A stretch of DNA of 64,000 nt from an uncultured Bacteroidales bacterium (GTDB lineage: Bacteria; Bacteroidota; Bacteroidia; Bacteroidales; CAIXTV01), in NCBI GenBank assembly GCA_964543995.1, contig CAZJBB010000002.1:2757-66756 (forward strand). The letters run 5' to 3'. The position numbers and the translations under genes were made by a program. Below, in pieces: positions 9,401 through 17,015 of this stretch; positions within the stretch are counted from its first letter, which is position 1; each line of letters starts with the position of its first letter. The notes beneath the pieces were generated by a model. The model saw only the letters and a program-made list of their open reading frames with translations. It had not been told where the DNA came from and ran no database searches.

Positions 9401-9408
9401 CAAAAATA
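9401..9408 (-). promoter_or_regulatory. -7 promoter box (TATTTTTG on the minus strand) upstream of mrdA
   Basis: Plus strand caaaaata at 9401..9408, 34 nt upstream of the GTG at 9367. Confidence 0.35.
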
Positions 9409-9426
9409 GGTAAAAAGGTGGGGAAT

Positions 9427-9586
9427 GCAGAAACGACAAAGCCCTAAATTGAAAGTTAAAACCATAAATATTGTTAATCACTAATGATGCAAGAGGAGGC
9501 ACAAACCAATGCATTAATTGGGATAAGCCCGACATAGCAAATGTTCTGAAGAATTTCGAGAACTACATTTGCTTCGTCGTTTCCGC
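9427..9586 (-). repeat. Nested inverted-repeat element: 16-nt outer arms enclosing an inner extended hairpin
   Basis: Outer arms gcagaaacgacaaagc (9427..9442) and gcttcgtcgtttccgc (9571..9586). The two non-complementary positions become G.U pairs only in a minus-strand transcript. Inner perfect 9-bp inverted repeat agcaaatgt (9536..9544) / acatttgct (9565..9573). The core cttcgtcgttt recurs at 15302..15312. Confidence 0.4.
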
Positions 9587-9711
9587 ATCATTTTTTCAGA
9601 TTTTAAACACTTCAATTGACAATATTGAATACTTGCTTGCTTTAGGTCTATTGTATTTCTCTAAAACGGAATTTGGGTTAATACAGATTTTCATGCACAT
9701 CAGTGAAAATT

Positions 9712-11547
9712 TCATTTCCCCTTATGCAAATGCATCAAACAAGCCTTACAGTCGAAACTGAGGATATAGTGATGGGTTTGGTCGGACAAAACCCAAGGTT
9801 CCGGAAATTCTTGAGCTTGGTTTTTCTGCTTTGGACAGCTTCCCAATTCAAACTTCAGGCAATAACGGCTGGTAAAAATAATATCATCCGAAGGAGAGGA
9901 ATTCAACTCAAACCCGTTTTCGAGCTGCTTAACCCCATGACGCTTGTAAAAAGCGCTTGCTTTTGAATTCAGTATGTTGCCCCTAAAATCAATTTGAGAT
10001 TTCGGATAAGGAATCGTATTTTTCTCGAGGGGCTTTAAGTTGCGGACATATTGGCTAAGCCGAACCGAGGTGTGGTGGTTCAACAAGGTTCGACGCATTT
10101 CGTTCAGGGTAGAAACGGGTAAAAAATAGGCTGACTTGAGTTCCTGTCTTATTTTGCTAACCTTAAAATGAGTCCCTCCCGATTTCATCAATTGTTTCTC
10201 TATATTGGCAAGGGCCAATTCCGCTTGCTGTGCCATCGCTTTTGGGTTTTCAAATTCCCATTCGCTTTCTATACCGTCTTCATCCAAAGCTTTGAGCAAA
10301 AACCCCTTGGTCGATTCCCTTATTTCTATCTCCACTGAAATGAGCCTTTGAGAAGTATCTTTGGCCAATACCTCTTGAAAGGCTTTGTTGTAATTCCTGC
10401 TGACTTGGCAACCTTTCTCAATGTCTTGCATACTGTTTGGGAAAATCTTATTGCCCTCGGTTTTATTTACCGAAGTTCCCCAAAAAGCACCTTTTGGACT
10501 TAAAAAGGTAATGCCATCCCCATTTTGGAATGGGTGTGGGGTTTCTAAGGTAAAATAGTTTTTCTCCACCGAAGCAATGCGTCCCAAAGGCTCACCCACC
10601 GACTTAGGCGTGTGCATAGAGGCAAGATTTTCTTTTCTCCCTTCATGAAAATAAGTTGTAAATCCCCTCGAAAAACTATAATCCGGATTCGGTTCAAATT
10701 GAAATTGAGTGCTTCCGGAAGAGTTTTTTTGCAATTGGGGGTTGTGTGAGAGAATTTGATCCAACTTTTTGCGGTAATAAGCCACATTATTCTGTATGTA
10801 ATCCAAATCCTTCATCCTCCCTTCAATTTTAAAAGAATTGATACCGGCCTGAATTAAGGGCTCCAAATGCCCGGAAAGGTTTATATCTTTTAAAGAAAGC
10901 AAGTGTTTATTGGTTTGAATGGAACGACCTTCGGCGTCTTTTAAGGTATAGGGCAAGCGACACAATTGGGAACAATCGCCTCGGTTTCCGCTGCGTTTGG
11001 AAGAAGCCGCACTTAAATAGCATTGTCCGCTTAAGGCGGTACATAAGGCACCATGAACAAAAGTTTCCAATTCGATACCTCGTGTATTTTCTCGAATGTG
11101 TTGTATTTCGGATAAGGAAAGTTCCCTTGCCAGAATGATTCTACTGAATCCAACGTTTTCGAGAAACTGAATGCGATCCAAAGAATAGTTATGGGTTTGG
11201 GTACTGGCAAATAAGGGCAAGGGAGGAAGTTCGCCTTCCAGCAAACCCAGATCTTGGATAATCAAGGCATCGGCTCCGGCTTCATATACCTGATGTGCCA
11301 AAGTGATGGCGCGCTCTATTTCGTCGTCAAACAAAAGGGTGTTGAGGGTAATATACACCTTGGCTTTAAAAAGATGCGCATATTGAATCAGCTTTTCAAT
11401 TTCTTGTACCGAATTCCCTGCTTTGGCACGGGCACCAAAATGCTCAGCACCAATATATACGGCATCGGCTCCATAGTTAATGGCAGCTTTCCCTGCTTCG
11501 GCATTTTTTGCCGGAGCCAATAATTCTATGGATTGGGGCAGGTTCAT
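9712..11547 (-). CDS. U32 family protein, long form (annotated as a peptidase; size and architecture closest to the rRNA/tRNA hydroxylases RlhA/TrhP)
   Basis: U32 signature ETFVHGALCTALSGQCYLS. N-terminal IELLAPAKN...GADAVYIG. Roughly 250-aa C-terminal extension. 4-nt ATGA overlap with the queG stop. Confidence 0.85.
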   Translation of the reverse strand: MNLPQSIELLAPAKNAEAGKAAINYGADAVYIGAEHFGARAKAGNSVQEIEKLIQYAHLFKAKVYITLNTLLFDDEIERAITLAHQVYEAGADALIIQDLGLLEGELPPLPLFASTQTHNYSLDRIQFLENVGFSRIILARELSLSEIQHIRENTRGIELETFVHGALCTALSGQCYLSAASSKRSGNRGDCSQLCRLPYTLKDAEGRSIQTNKHLLSLKDINLSGHLEPLIQAGINSFKIEGRMKDLDYIQNNVAYYRKKLDQILSHNPQLQKNSSGSTQFQFEPNPDYSFSRGFTTYFHEGRKENLASMHTPKSVGEPLGRIASVEKNYFTLETPHPFQNGDGITFLSPKGAFWGTSVNKTEGNKIFPNSMQDIEKGCQVSRNYNKAFQEVLAKDTSQRLISVEIEIRESTKGFLLKALDEDGIESEWEFENPKAMAQQAELALANIEKQLMKSGGTHFKVSKIRQELKSAYFLPVSTLNEMRRTLLNHHTSVRLSQYVRNLKPLEKNTIPYPKSQIDFRGNILNSKASAFYKRHGVKQLENGFELNSSPSDDIIFTSRYCLKFELGSCPKQKNQAQEFPEPWVLSDQTHHYILSFDCKACLMHLHKGK

Positions 11548-12479
11548 TCCAATATAAAATCAATGCTTTGTCGTAATTTTTGATACCCGCTTCTTTCCAT
11601 AGCCGTACCACTGAAATTCTGCTTAAACCTTTCGGAGTTTAGGTTCTTCAAGTCCTCAGCACTTACCGAAGATAATTGCGCATCAAATAAAGGATTGCTG
11701 AGGTCTATGGGTGTTAATTTCTGGTTGTAGGGACAAACATTTTGGCAAATATCGCAACCAAATACATACCCGCCCATTTTCCCCTTGAACTCCTTGGGCA
11801 TGGGTTCTTTCGATTCTATGGTATGATAAGAAATGCACTTCCGAACATCAATGACATAAGGTTCCACAAGGGCTTGGGTTGGGCAAGCGCAAAGGCATTG
11901 GGTGCAATTTCCACACAAATCTTTGCTAAAAGGAGTATCATAATCCAGCAAGGCATCGATGACCAATACCCCGATAAACACAAAAGAGCCTGCTTGGGGA
12001 TGAATGAATAAGGAGTTTTTACCTATGCCTCCCAAGCCGCATTGCTTGGCCCAGGCTTTTTCAAGTATGGCTCCCGAATCACAAAATAGCCTTCCATTAA
12101 GTCCGGGGATTTTTTGAGTGAGAAAATCGAGCAATTGCTTGAGCAAAGGTTTGATGATGTTGTGATAATCTTTTACCCTTGCATAACGAGCCAACTTAAG
12201 GTTGTTTTGAGGTTCTTCAATTTGAAAATAAGGGAGCACCACCGTGATAAGGGATTGGGCATTTGGCAATACGCTTTGTGGATCAATACGATTGTCGATA
12301 TGAGAACCATAATAGTGCATATTTCCGAAATACCCATGATCCACCCAGGATTTCAAATGCGGTAATTCTTCCGTAAGCGGTTTTGCCGGAGCCATTCCAC
12401 AATCGGCAAAACCCAATTCCAAGGCTTTTTGTTTTATTTCTGAACTGAGACTTGGTAGATTTTCGGGATCCAACATCAT
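11544..12479 (-). CDS. queG: tRNA epoxyqueuosine(34) reductase QueG
   Basis: Two ferredoxin-type clusters (CGNCTQCLCACP and CDICQNVCP) plus a C-terminal HEAT-like tail, as in QueG. Confidence 0.9.
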   Translation of the reverse strand: MMLDPENLPSLSSEIKQKALELGFADCGMAPAKPLTEELPHLKSWVDHGYFGNMHYYGSHIDNRIDPQSVLPNAQSLITVVLPYFQIEEPQNNLKLARYARVKDYHNIIKPLLKQLLDFLTQKIPGLNGRLFCDSGAILEKAWAKQCGLGGIGKNSLFIHPQAGSFVFIGVLVIDALLDYDTPFSKDLCGNCTQCLCACPTQALVEPYVIDVRKCISYHTIESKEPMPKEFKGKMGGYVFGCDICQNVCPYNQKLTPIDLSNPLFDAQLSSVSAEDLKNLNSERFKQNFSGTAMERSGYQKLRQSIDFILE

Positions 12480-12481
12480 GC

Positions 12482-13504
12482 TTAAAACAAACTGGTTTGG
12501 TCGGGAAGTTTCAGTTTGCCAAGATGGCGATAGGCCGATTCGGTGGCTTCTCTACCTCTGGGCGTACGCATGAGGTATCCTTCCTGAATTAAGAATGGTT
12601 CGTAAACCTCTTCTATGGTGCCCGGGTCTTCGCCAACGGCAGTAGCAATGGTGCTGATACCCACAGGGCCTCCTTTAAATTTCTCGATAATGTATAAGAG
12701 GATTTTATTGTCCATTTCATCCAAACCATGCTGATCCACATTCAAGGCATTTAAAGCATACTTGGCAATGTTTAAGTCGATGTGTCCGTTGCCTTTAATT
12801 TGCGCAAAATCCCTGACCCTGCGAAGCAATAAATTGGCTATACGCGGGGTTCCTCTGCTGCGGCGTGCAATTTCAATGGAAGCATTATCGTCGAGGGTAA
12901 TATTTAAAATTCCGGAGGCACGGTGTATGATTTTGTTCAGGGTGGTGGTATCGTAATACGACAATCGGGAATTGATACCGAATCGGGAGCGTAATGGAGC
13001 CGTAAGCAAACCCGAACGGGTAGTGGCACCAATTAAAGTAAATGGATTTAAGGCAATTTGAACACTTCGGGCATTGGGGCCGGTATCAATCAGAATATCA
13101 ATCTTATAATCTTCCATGGCCGAGTATAAGTATTCCTCCACCACGGGTGAAAGTCGGTGGATTTCATCGATAAACAAGACATCGTTGGTTTCAAGGTTGG
13201 TGAGTAAACCGGCAAGTTCGCCGGGTTTATCCAAAACCGGGCCGGAAGTAACCTTAATGTTCACGTTCAGTTCCTTGGCAATGATGTATGATAGGGTGGT
13301 TTTGCCTAAGCCCGGAGGTCCATGAAGCAATACATGATCCAATGCTTCGCCTCTTTGGCTGGCAGCTTGTACAAATATCTTGAGGTTTTCCACCACTTGC
13401 CCTTGTCCATAAAAGTTATCAAAATCGGAAGGGCGAATGTAACTCTCATACTCCTTTTCTTGAGAACTTAAATGATCGGTATTGGCATCCAAATTTTTAT
13501 TCAT
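12482..13504 (-). CDS. ruvB: Holliday junction branch migration DNA helicase RuvB
   Basis: Walker [10 protein letters not shown], Walker [10 protein letters not shown], sensor motifs and a RuvB winged-helix C terminus. Confidence 0.95.
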   Translation of the reverse strand: MNKNLDANTDHLSSQEKEYESYIRPSDFDNFYGQGQVVENLKIFVQAASQRGEALDHVLLHGPPGLGKTTLSYIIAKELNVNIKVTSGPVLDKPGELAGLLTNLETNDVLFIDEIHRLSPVVEEYLYSAMEDYKIDILIDTGPNARSVQIALNPFTLIGATTRSGLLTAPLRSRFGINSRLSYYDTTTLNKIIHRASGILNITLDDNASIEIARRSRGTPRIANLLLRRVRDFAQIKGNGHIDLNIAKYALNALNVDQHGLDEMDNKILLYIIEKFKGGPVGISTIATAVGEDPGTIEEVYEPFLIQEGYLMRTPRGREATESAYRHLGKLKLPDQTSLF

Positions 13505-13520
13505 GTGTGTGTTTTCAATA

Positions 13521-13528
13521 CAAAAGTA
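13521..13528 (-). promoter_or_regulatory. -7 promoter box (TACTTTTG on the minus strand) upstream of ruvB
   Basis: Plus strand caaaagta, 17 nt upstream of the ruvB ATG at 13504. Confidence 0.35.
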
Positions 13529-13599
13529 AATAAAAATGCCGAGACGGTGAGGGGAGGATAGTAATTGCGGTTAGAAATACTTTCATGGGATTAACAACC

Positions 13600-13860
13600 T
13601 TCTTTCCGTCATAGTGAAGACGACATCTTGGCTAATACGTCATTGGTAAGACTACATGTTGGTTGAAGCAAATTCTTTCGTCATTGCGAAGTTGACATCT
13701 CGGCTGAAGGAATTTTCTTTTGGCTATTCGTAAATCGAGATGTCGACTGAAGCAATCTAAACGGGAGATTCCTTTACAATTCAGAATAGGTCTCTTTGCA
13801 GGGAATGAAAGGGAGATTGCGTCGCTTCACTACCAATGACAAGGGAAGATTCCTTTCCCT
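13600..13860. repeat. Degenerate tandem repeats of about 40 nt beginning CGTCAT..., plus one inverted copy
   Basis: Direct units cgtcatagtgaagacgacatcttggct / cgtcattggtaagactacatgttggttgaagcaa / gtcattgcgaagttgacatctcggctgaagg / cgtaaatcgagatgtcgactgaagcaatc. An inverted copy gggagattgcgtcgcttcactaccaatgac lies near 13811..13840. There are no unique spacers between units. Confidence 0.5.
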
Positions 13861-13868
13861 CTTAAAAC

Positions 13869-14966
13869 TTATTCTTTAATCACTTTCACTGCCTGGGTTC
13901 CATGTATGGTTTTCATTGAAACAATATACATGCCTTTGGGCATAGAGGAAGCATTCCAATCTACTTGATGCATACCGGCTGCTTGCATACTGTTTTCCAG
14001 GATGGCAATTTGTTTTCCTTGTAAATCGAAGACCTTCAACTCCAGCGGTGAGCTTTCGGATAAGGTATAGCTGATTTTTACTTGATCCACAAAGGGGTTG
14101 GGTTGGGTTTGTAGATGTAAGTGACTCTCGAATCCATGTTCCGCAACGGAAACATTTGGAAGAATAGGGCTTCCGGCTTGCTTCCATGCGGTATATAAAA
14201 GTTCAGCAATGGCATGAGAGGCATTTTTAAACAACATGATGGTAAAAGTCTTGGTTCTATCCCAAAGGGCAGCTTTATATTGTGTAGAGCTGGTATTGGA
14301 GCTGATGGTTTTAGCATAGGTATCTGCCAACAAAACCGAATCTTTGTATTTATAATTGGCATAGATGTAATTAAAAATATATTGGTTTACATTTTGAATT
14401 TCGATTACGGTATCGCCGGAATAAATAATCTGAGAAGTGTATTGACTTATCATGCTGGATTCGTAGCGTGAGTGTATTCCGGAATTATTGGTGTTCTGCC
14501 CGTCATAGTTAGCAGTGAGATGCAATGGTTGATGCGCATCCGCAACATAATGACACATTTCGGCACAATAATCTATGGCTTTAGCCCAATCTCCTCTTTG
14601 CATGCAGGCCTTCAGAGAATCGAAAACCGTTTTGGTAGCCCAAGGTACGATGCCATTGCCGGTAACGGTGGATGCCCCATACATGGTATTCATGGAATCG
14701 ATAGTTTGTGGAATCCTGCCTGTGGAGTTAAAAATAGCATAGGCATCAATGTCGATATAATGCTTTGTTTTGGGTGAAGCCGTATCAGGATCAGGGGAAT
14801 GCAATGCTAAATAAGCCGTCCAAGAGTTGAATTGACTCATTTCTTGAATAAAAGAAAGAGAGGCGTTCTGACTTATTTTACTGTGCCCACCCGAACCCCA
14901 GCTTATGGTGATTAAAGCCAGAAACAATATTAGCGGAACAGCTACAACAGATTTTTTAATTTTCAT
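13869..14966 (-). CDS. S1/P1-type zinc nuclease with a C-terminal T9SS sorting domain
   Basis: The mature N terminus is predicted as WGSGGH (Trp1/His6 zinc ligands of P1 nuclease). CHYVADAHQPLH (H, D, H ligands) and GIHSRYES are present. The C-terminal NPFVDQVKISY...GMYIVSMKTIHGTQAVKVIKE is a T9SS tail. Confidence 0.8.
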   Translation of the reverse strand: MKIKKSVVAVPLILFLALITISWGSGGHSKISQNASLSFIQEMSQFNSWTAYLALHSPDPDTASPKTKHYIDIDAYAIFNSTGRIPQTIDSMNTMYGASTVTGNGIVPWATKTVFDSLKACMQRGDWAKAIDYCAEMCHYVADAHQPLHLTANYDGQNTNNSGIHSRYESSMISQYTSQIIYSGDTVIEIQNVNQYIFNYIYANYKYKDSVLLADTYAKTISSNTSSTQYKAALWDRTKTFTIMLFKNASHAIAELLYTAWKQAGSPILPNVSVAEHGFESHLHLQTQPNPFVDQVKISYTLSESSPLELKVFDLQGKQIAILENSMQAAGMHQVDWNASSMPKGMYIVSMKTIHGTQAVKVIKE

Positions 14967-15124
14967 GGAAAAAGTTTTGAGCCGATAAAGTTAGCACAAC
15001 TTTATACGTAGATTACCAATTTACAACTTATTAACGTTCTTTTTAGGCATTTACCCCCAAATTCCAAACGATTTAACGCTTGGTGTTTAAAATTATACTT
15101 ATGGAAATGGATGTCTTTGAGTGT

Positions 15125-15169
15125 GGAAAGCGAAAAAAGTGAAAAGTAAAAAGTGGGAAAGTGAAAAGT
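15125..15169. repeat. Purine-rich short-period repeat tract (GTGAAAAGT-like units)
   Basis: ggaaagcgaaaaaagtgaaaagtaaaaagtgggaaagtgaaaagt. Its last 15 nt (gggaaagtgaaaagt, 15155..15169) recur exactly at 15354..15368. Confidence 0.5.
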
Positions 15170-15320
15170 TTTCGGCTTAATAAACTGTGTCGGTGGAATT
15201 TTTAGACATTTGCATAGCAACTATGGTAATCAAGCCACATAGAATTTCTCTTAGTGCCCCTTTTTATAAACTTTGGGTTCCCCTGCTCGGCGAAGGCTGT
15301 GCCTTCGTCGTTTTAATATA

Positions 15321-15334
15321 GTAGCTGATGCTAC
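15321..15334. repeat. GTAGC-N4-GCTAC mini-hairpin (copy 1 of 3)
   Basis: gtagctgatgctac. Same GTAGCnnATGCTAC pattern as 16254..16267 and 16281..16294. Confidence 0.45.
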
Positions 15335-15353
15335 GCCAAACTGGGTCAAACAC

Positions 15354-15368
15354 GGGAAAGTGAAAAGT
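15354..15368. repeat. Second exact copy of gggaaagtgaaaagt
   Basis: Exact 15-nt direct repeat of 15155..15169, immediately 3' of the vapC stop. Confidence 0.45.
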
Positions 15369-15374
15369 GGAATC

Positions 15375-15788
15375 CTAATTTGATTTTATTTCCAATATTT
15401 CAACTTCACTAAAATCTTTGAAGTCACCAATGTTAGCAGTTGCAATGTTTTTTAAATCATGGGCAAGCATAATAGAAACAATCTCAGTATCATACACTTG
15501 GTTTCCAATTGGGTTGTATTTTTGTAATAATGTTTCAAAATGAAACAAGCTTTGATCTGTTGGTTTTAAAATGGTAACGTTTTCTTTTAATTCTTGATAG
15601 AAACCAAAAGTCTTTGAAAACTCAATTTTTAATTTTGAGCATACCGCGAAAAGTTCTGAAATGTTCTTAGTAGTAATGAATAAATTCATTTCTTCATTTT
15701 GCAATAGAGCTTTGGATTGAGCATGAAAAATGGAAGTTTTATCAAACGAATACAAAAGAACATTGGTGTCGATTAAAATATCAATCAT
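15375..15788 (-). CDS. vapC: PIN-domain toxin (VapC family) of a type II toxin-antitoxin pair
   Basis: Acidic PIN residues in IDTNVLL, SELF, YDTEI and IGDF. The first ATG is at 15788 (the 15794 start in the track is TTG). Overlaps the antitoxin stop by 8 nt. Confidence 0.8.
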   Translation of the reverse strand: MIDILIDTNVLLYSFDKTSIFHAQSKALLQNEEMNLFITTKNISELFAVCSKLKIEFSKTFGFYQELKENVTILKPTDQSLFHFETLLQKYNPIGNQVYDTEIVSIMLAHDLKNIATANIGDFKDFSEVEILEIKSN

Positions 15789-15993
15789 AAGCAATATCTC
15801 TGATATTTATATGGTCAATTTTATTATTCAATTCAACAGCCCCTAAGTAATTCCATTTCTTTTTCTTTTTTTGCTGACTTGTTTCTGGCCATTCAATAAT
15901 AGAAATTATTACCTCTTTTCCAATAAAATCGTTAATATTGAAAAGGTGAAGCATATTGCTGTTAAGCCGAGTTTTAAAAGTTAAGGTATGCAT
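15781..15993 (-). CDS. Putative antitoxin partner of VapC
   Basis: 70 aa, directly upstream of and overlapping the PIN gene. The C-terminal ...NIRDIAYD motif is seen in small Bacteroidota antitoxins. No family assignment possible by eye. Confidence 0.6.
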   Translation of the reverse strand: MHTLTFKTRLNSNMLHLFNINDFIGKEVIISIIEWPETSQQKKKKKWNYLGAVELNNKIDHINIRDIAYD

Positions 15994-16253
15994 TCTCTGT
16001 TTTTTACAAAATTACAAAAATTCGCATTTAAAAAACACCTTTTTATCTTAGTAAATGATAGGTAGCGGTTTAGAGGTCGGCAAGCTTGGGCATTACTTAT
16101 ACCTCAGCCTTCCGAGCGGAGATGGGTACACAAATGCACTATGGTTTTGCGAAGTAAATGGATGAAAATCTAATACCTTAAGCGGGACGCTCGCTAATAC
16201 CACTTAGGCTAGAGCTTAAGCCGATTGGGGTTTCTTCTAGCCATAGCCAAAGA

Positions 16254-16295
16254 GTAGCAAATGCTACATGATGCTTTGACGTAGCGGATGCTACG
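16254..16295. repeat. Two adjacent GTAGC-N4-GCTAC mini-hairpins (copies 2 and 3)
   Basis: gtagcaaatgctac (16254..16267) and cgtagcggatgctacg (16280..16295). Confidence 0.45.
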
Positions 16296-16341
16296 TTAAG
16301 CAGAGGACCTACACCCGTCTTCAAGCTTCGGTCTACTGTCT

Positions 16342-17007
16342 TTACGGTTTTCTGGCGCGGGTAATTTCTCTTTTCCCTTTGGGTCCGGGCAAGGGCTCAA
16401 TACTGAATCCACAAGCGGACAAGGCTCTTTTTACCATTCCTTTGGCACAGTATGTTACCAAAATGCCTTGGGGTTTTAGGGCACGAAAGATTTTCATAAA
16501 AATTGCTTCCGTCCACATTTCGGGTTGAACTTCGGGACTAAAGGAATCAAAATATGCAACATCAAAAATATCATCATCAAGGCTTGCCATTTGAATTTGC
16601 CCTTGAATTTTTTGGAAACTGAAATAGGGTGGGAATTCAATCTTTTGATTCCATGGTTCTTGGTGTAGCAAAAGAAAATCATTTCTATAGCAACTCGAAA
16701 TCAAATCGGGATAATTGAGTTTTTGAGCGGTGGATACAGAAATGGGAAAGGGTTCAAACCCTAAATACTGAATATACGCTTTTTCTGTTTGGGCATAATG
16801 CAAAGTAAGAAAGGCATTTAAGCCGGTTCCAAAACCGATTTCCAATACTTGCAGAGGATGATGTCCATGCGAGCAAGACTGGAGTCCTGCTTGAATAAAA
16901 ATATGCACAGATTCATTTATGGCACCATGAATGGAATGGTAATTTTCTTTTAATGCCGCGTGCTGAAGGGTATGCGACCCATCTTCGGTAAGCAATAGGC
17001 TATCCAT
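16342..17007 (-). CDS. mnmD: tRNA (5-methylaminomethyl-2-thiouridine) methyltransferase, stand-alone MnmC2/MnmD type
   Basis: SAM motif LEIGFGTGLNAF and the FDSFSPEVQPEMWT motif typical of DUF752/MnmD. The ATG at 17007 is preferred over the GTG at 17016. Confidence 0.8.
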   Translation of the reverse strand: MDSLLLTEDGSHTLQHAALKENYHSIHGAINESVHIFIQAGLQSCSHGHHPLQVLEIGFGTGLNAFLTLHYAQTEKAYIQYLGFEPFPISVSTAQKLNYPDLISSCYRNDFLLLHQEPWNQKIEFPPYFSFQKIQGQIQMASLDDDIFDVAYFDSFSPEVQPEMWTEAIFMKIFRALKPQGILVTYCAKGMVKRALSACGFSIEPLPGPKGKREITRARKP

Positions 17008-17015
17008 GATCTCCA

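Noticed and set aside
13600-13860. Possible CRISPR array
   Set aside because: The units are degenerate and directly abutting, with no unique spacers. One copy is inverted, and there are no cas genes in the window.
15002-15220. 72-aa minus-strand ORF
   Set aside because: It is composed largely of the purine-rich repeat tract read in frame (FSLFSLS...), so it is a repeat-derived artefact.
15994-16341. tmRNA, RNase P RNA or SRP RNA in the non-coding stretch
   Set aside because: I could not find the diagnostic elements on either strand: a tag-peptide reading frame with a tRNA-like 3' end, GAGGAAAGTCC-type P4 sequences, or a GGAA tetraloop with AGCA symmetric-loop motifs.
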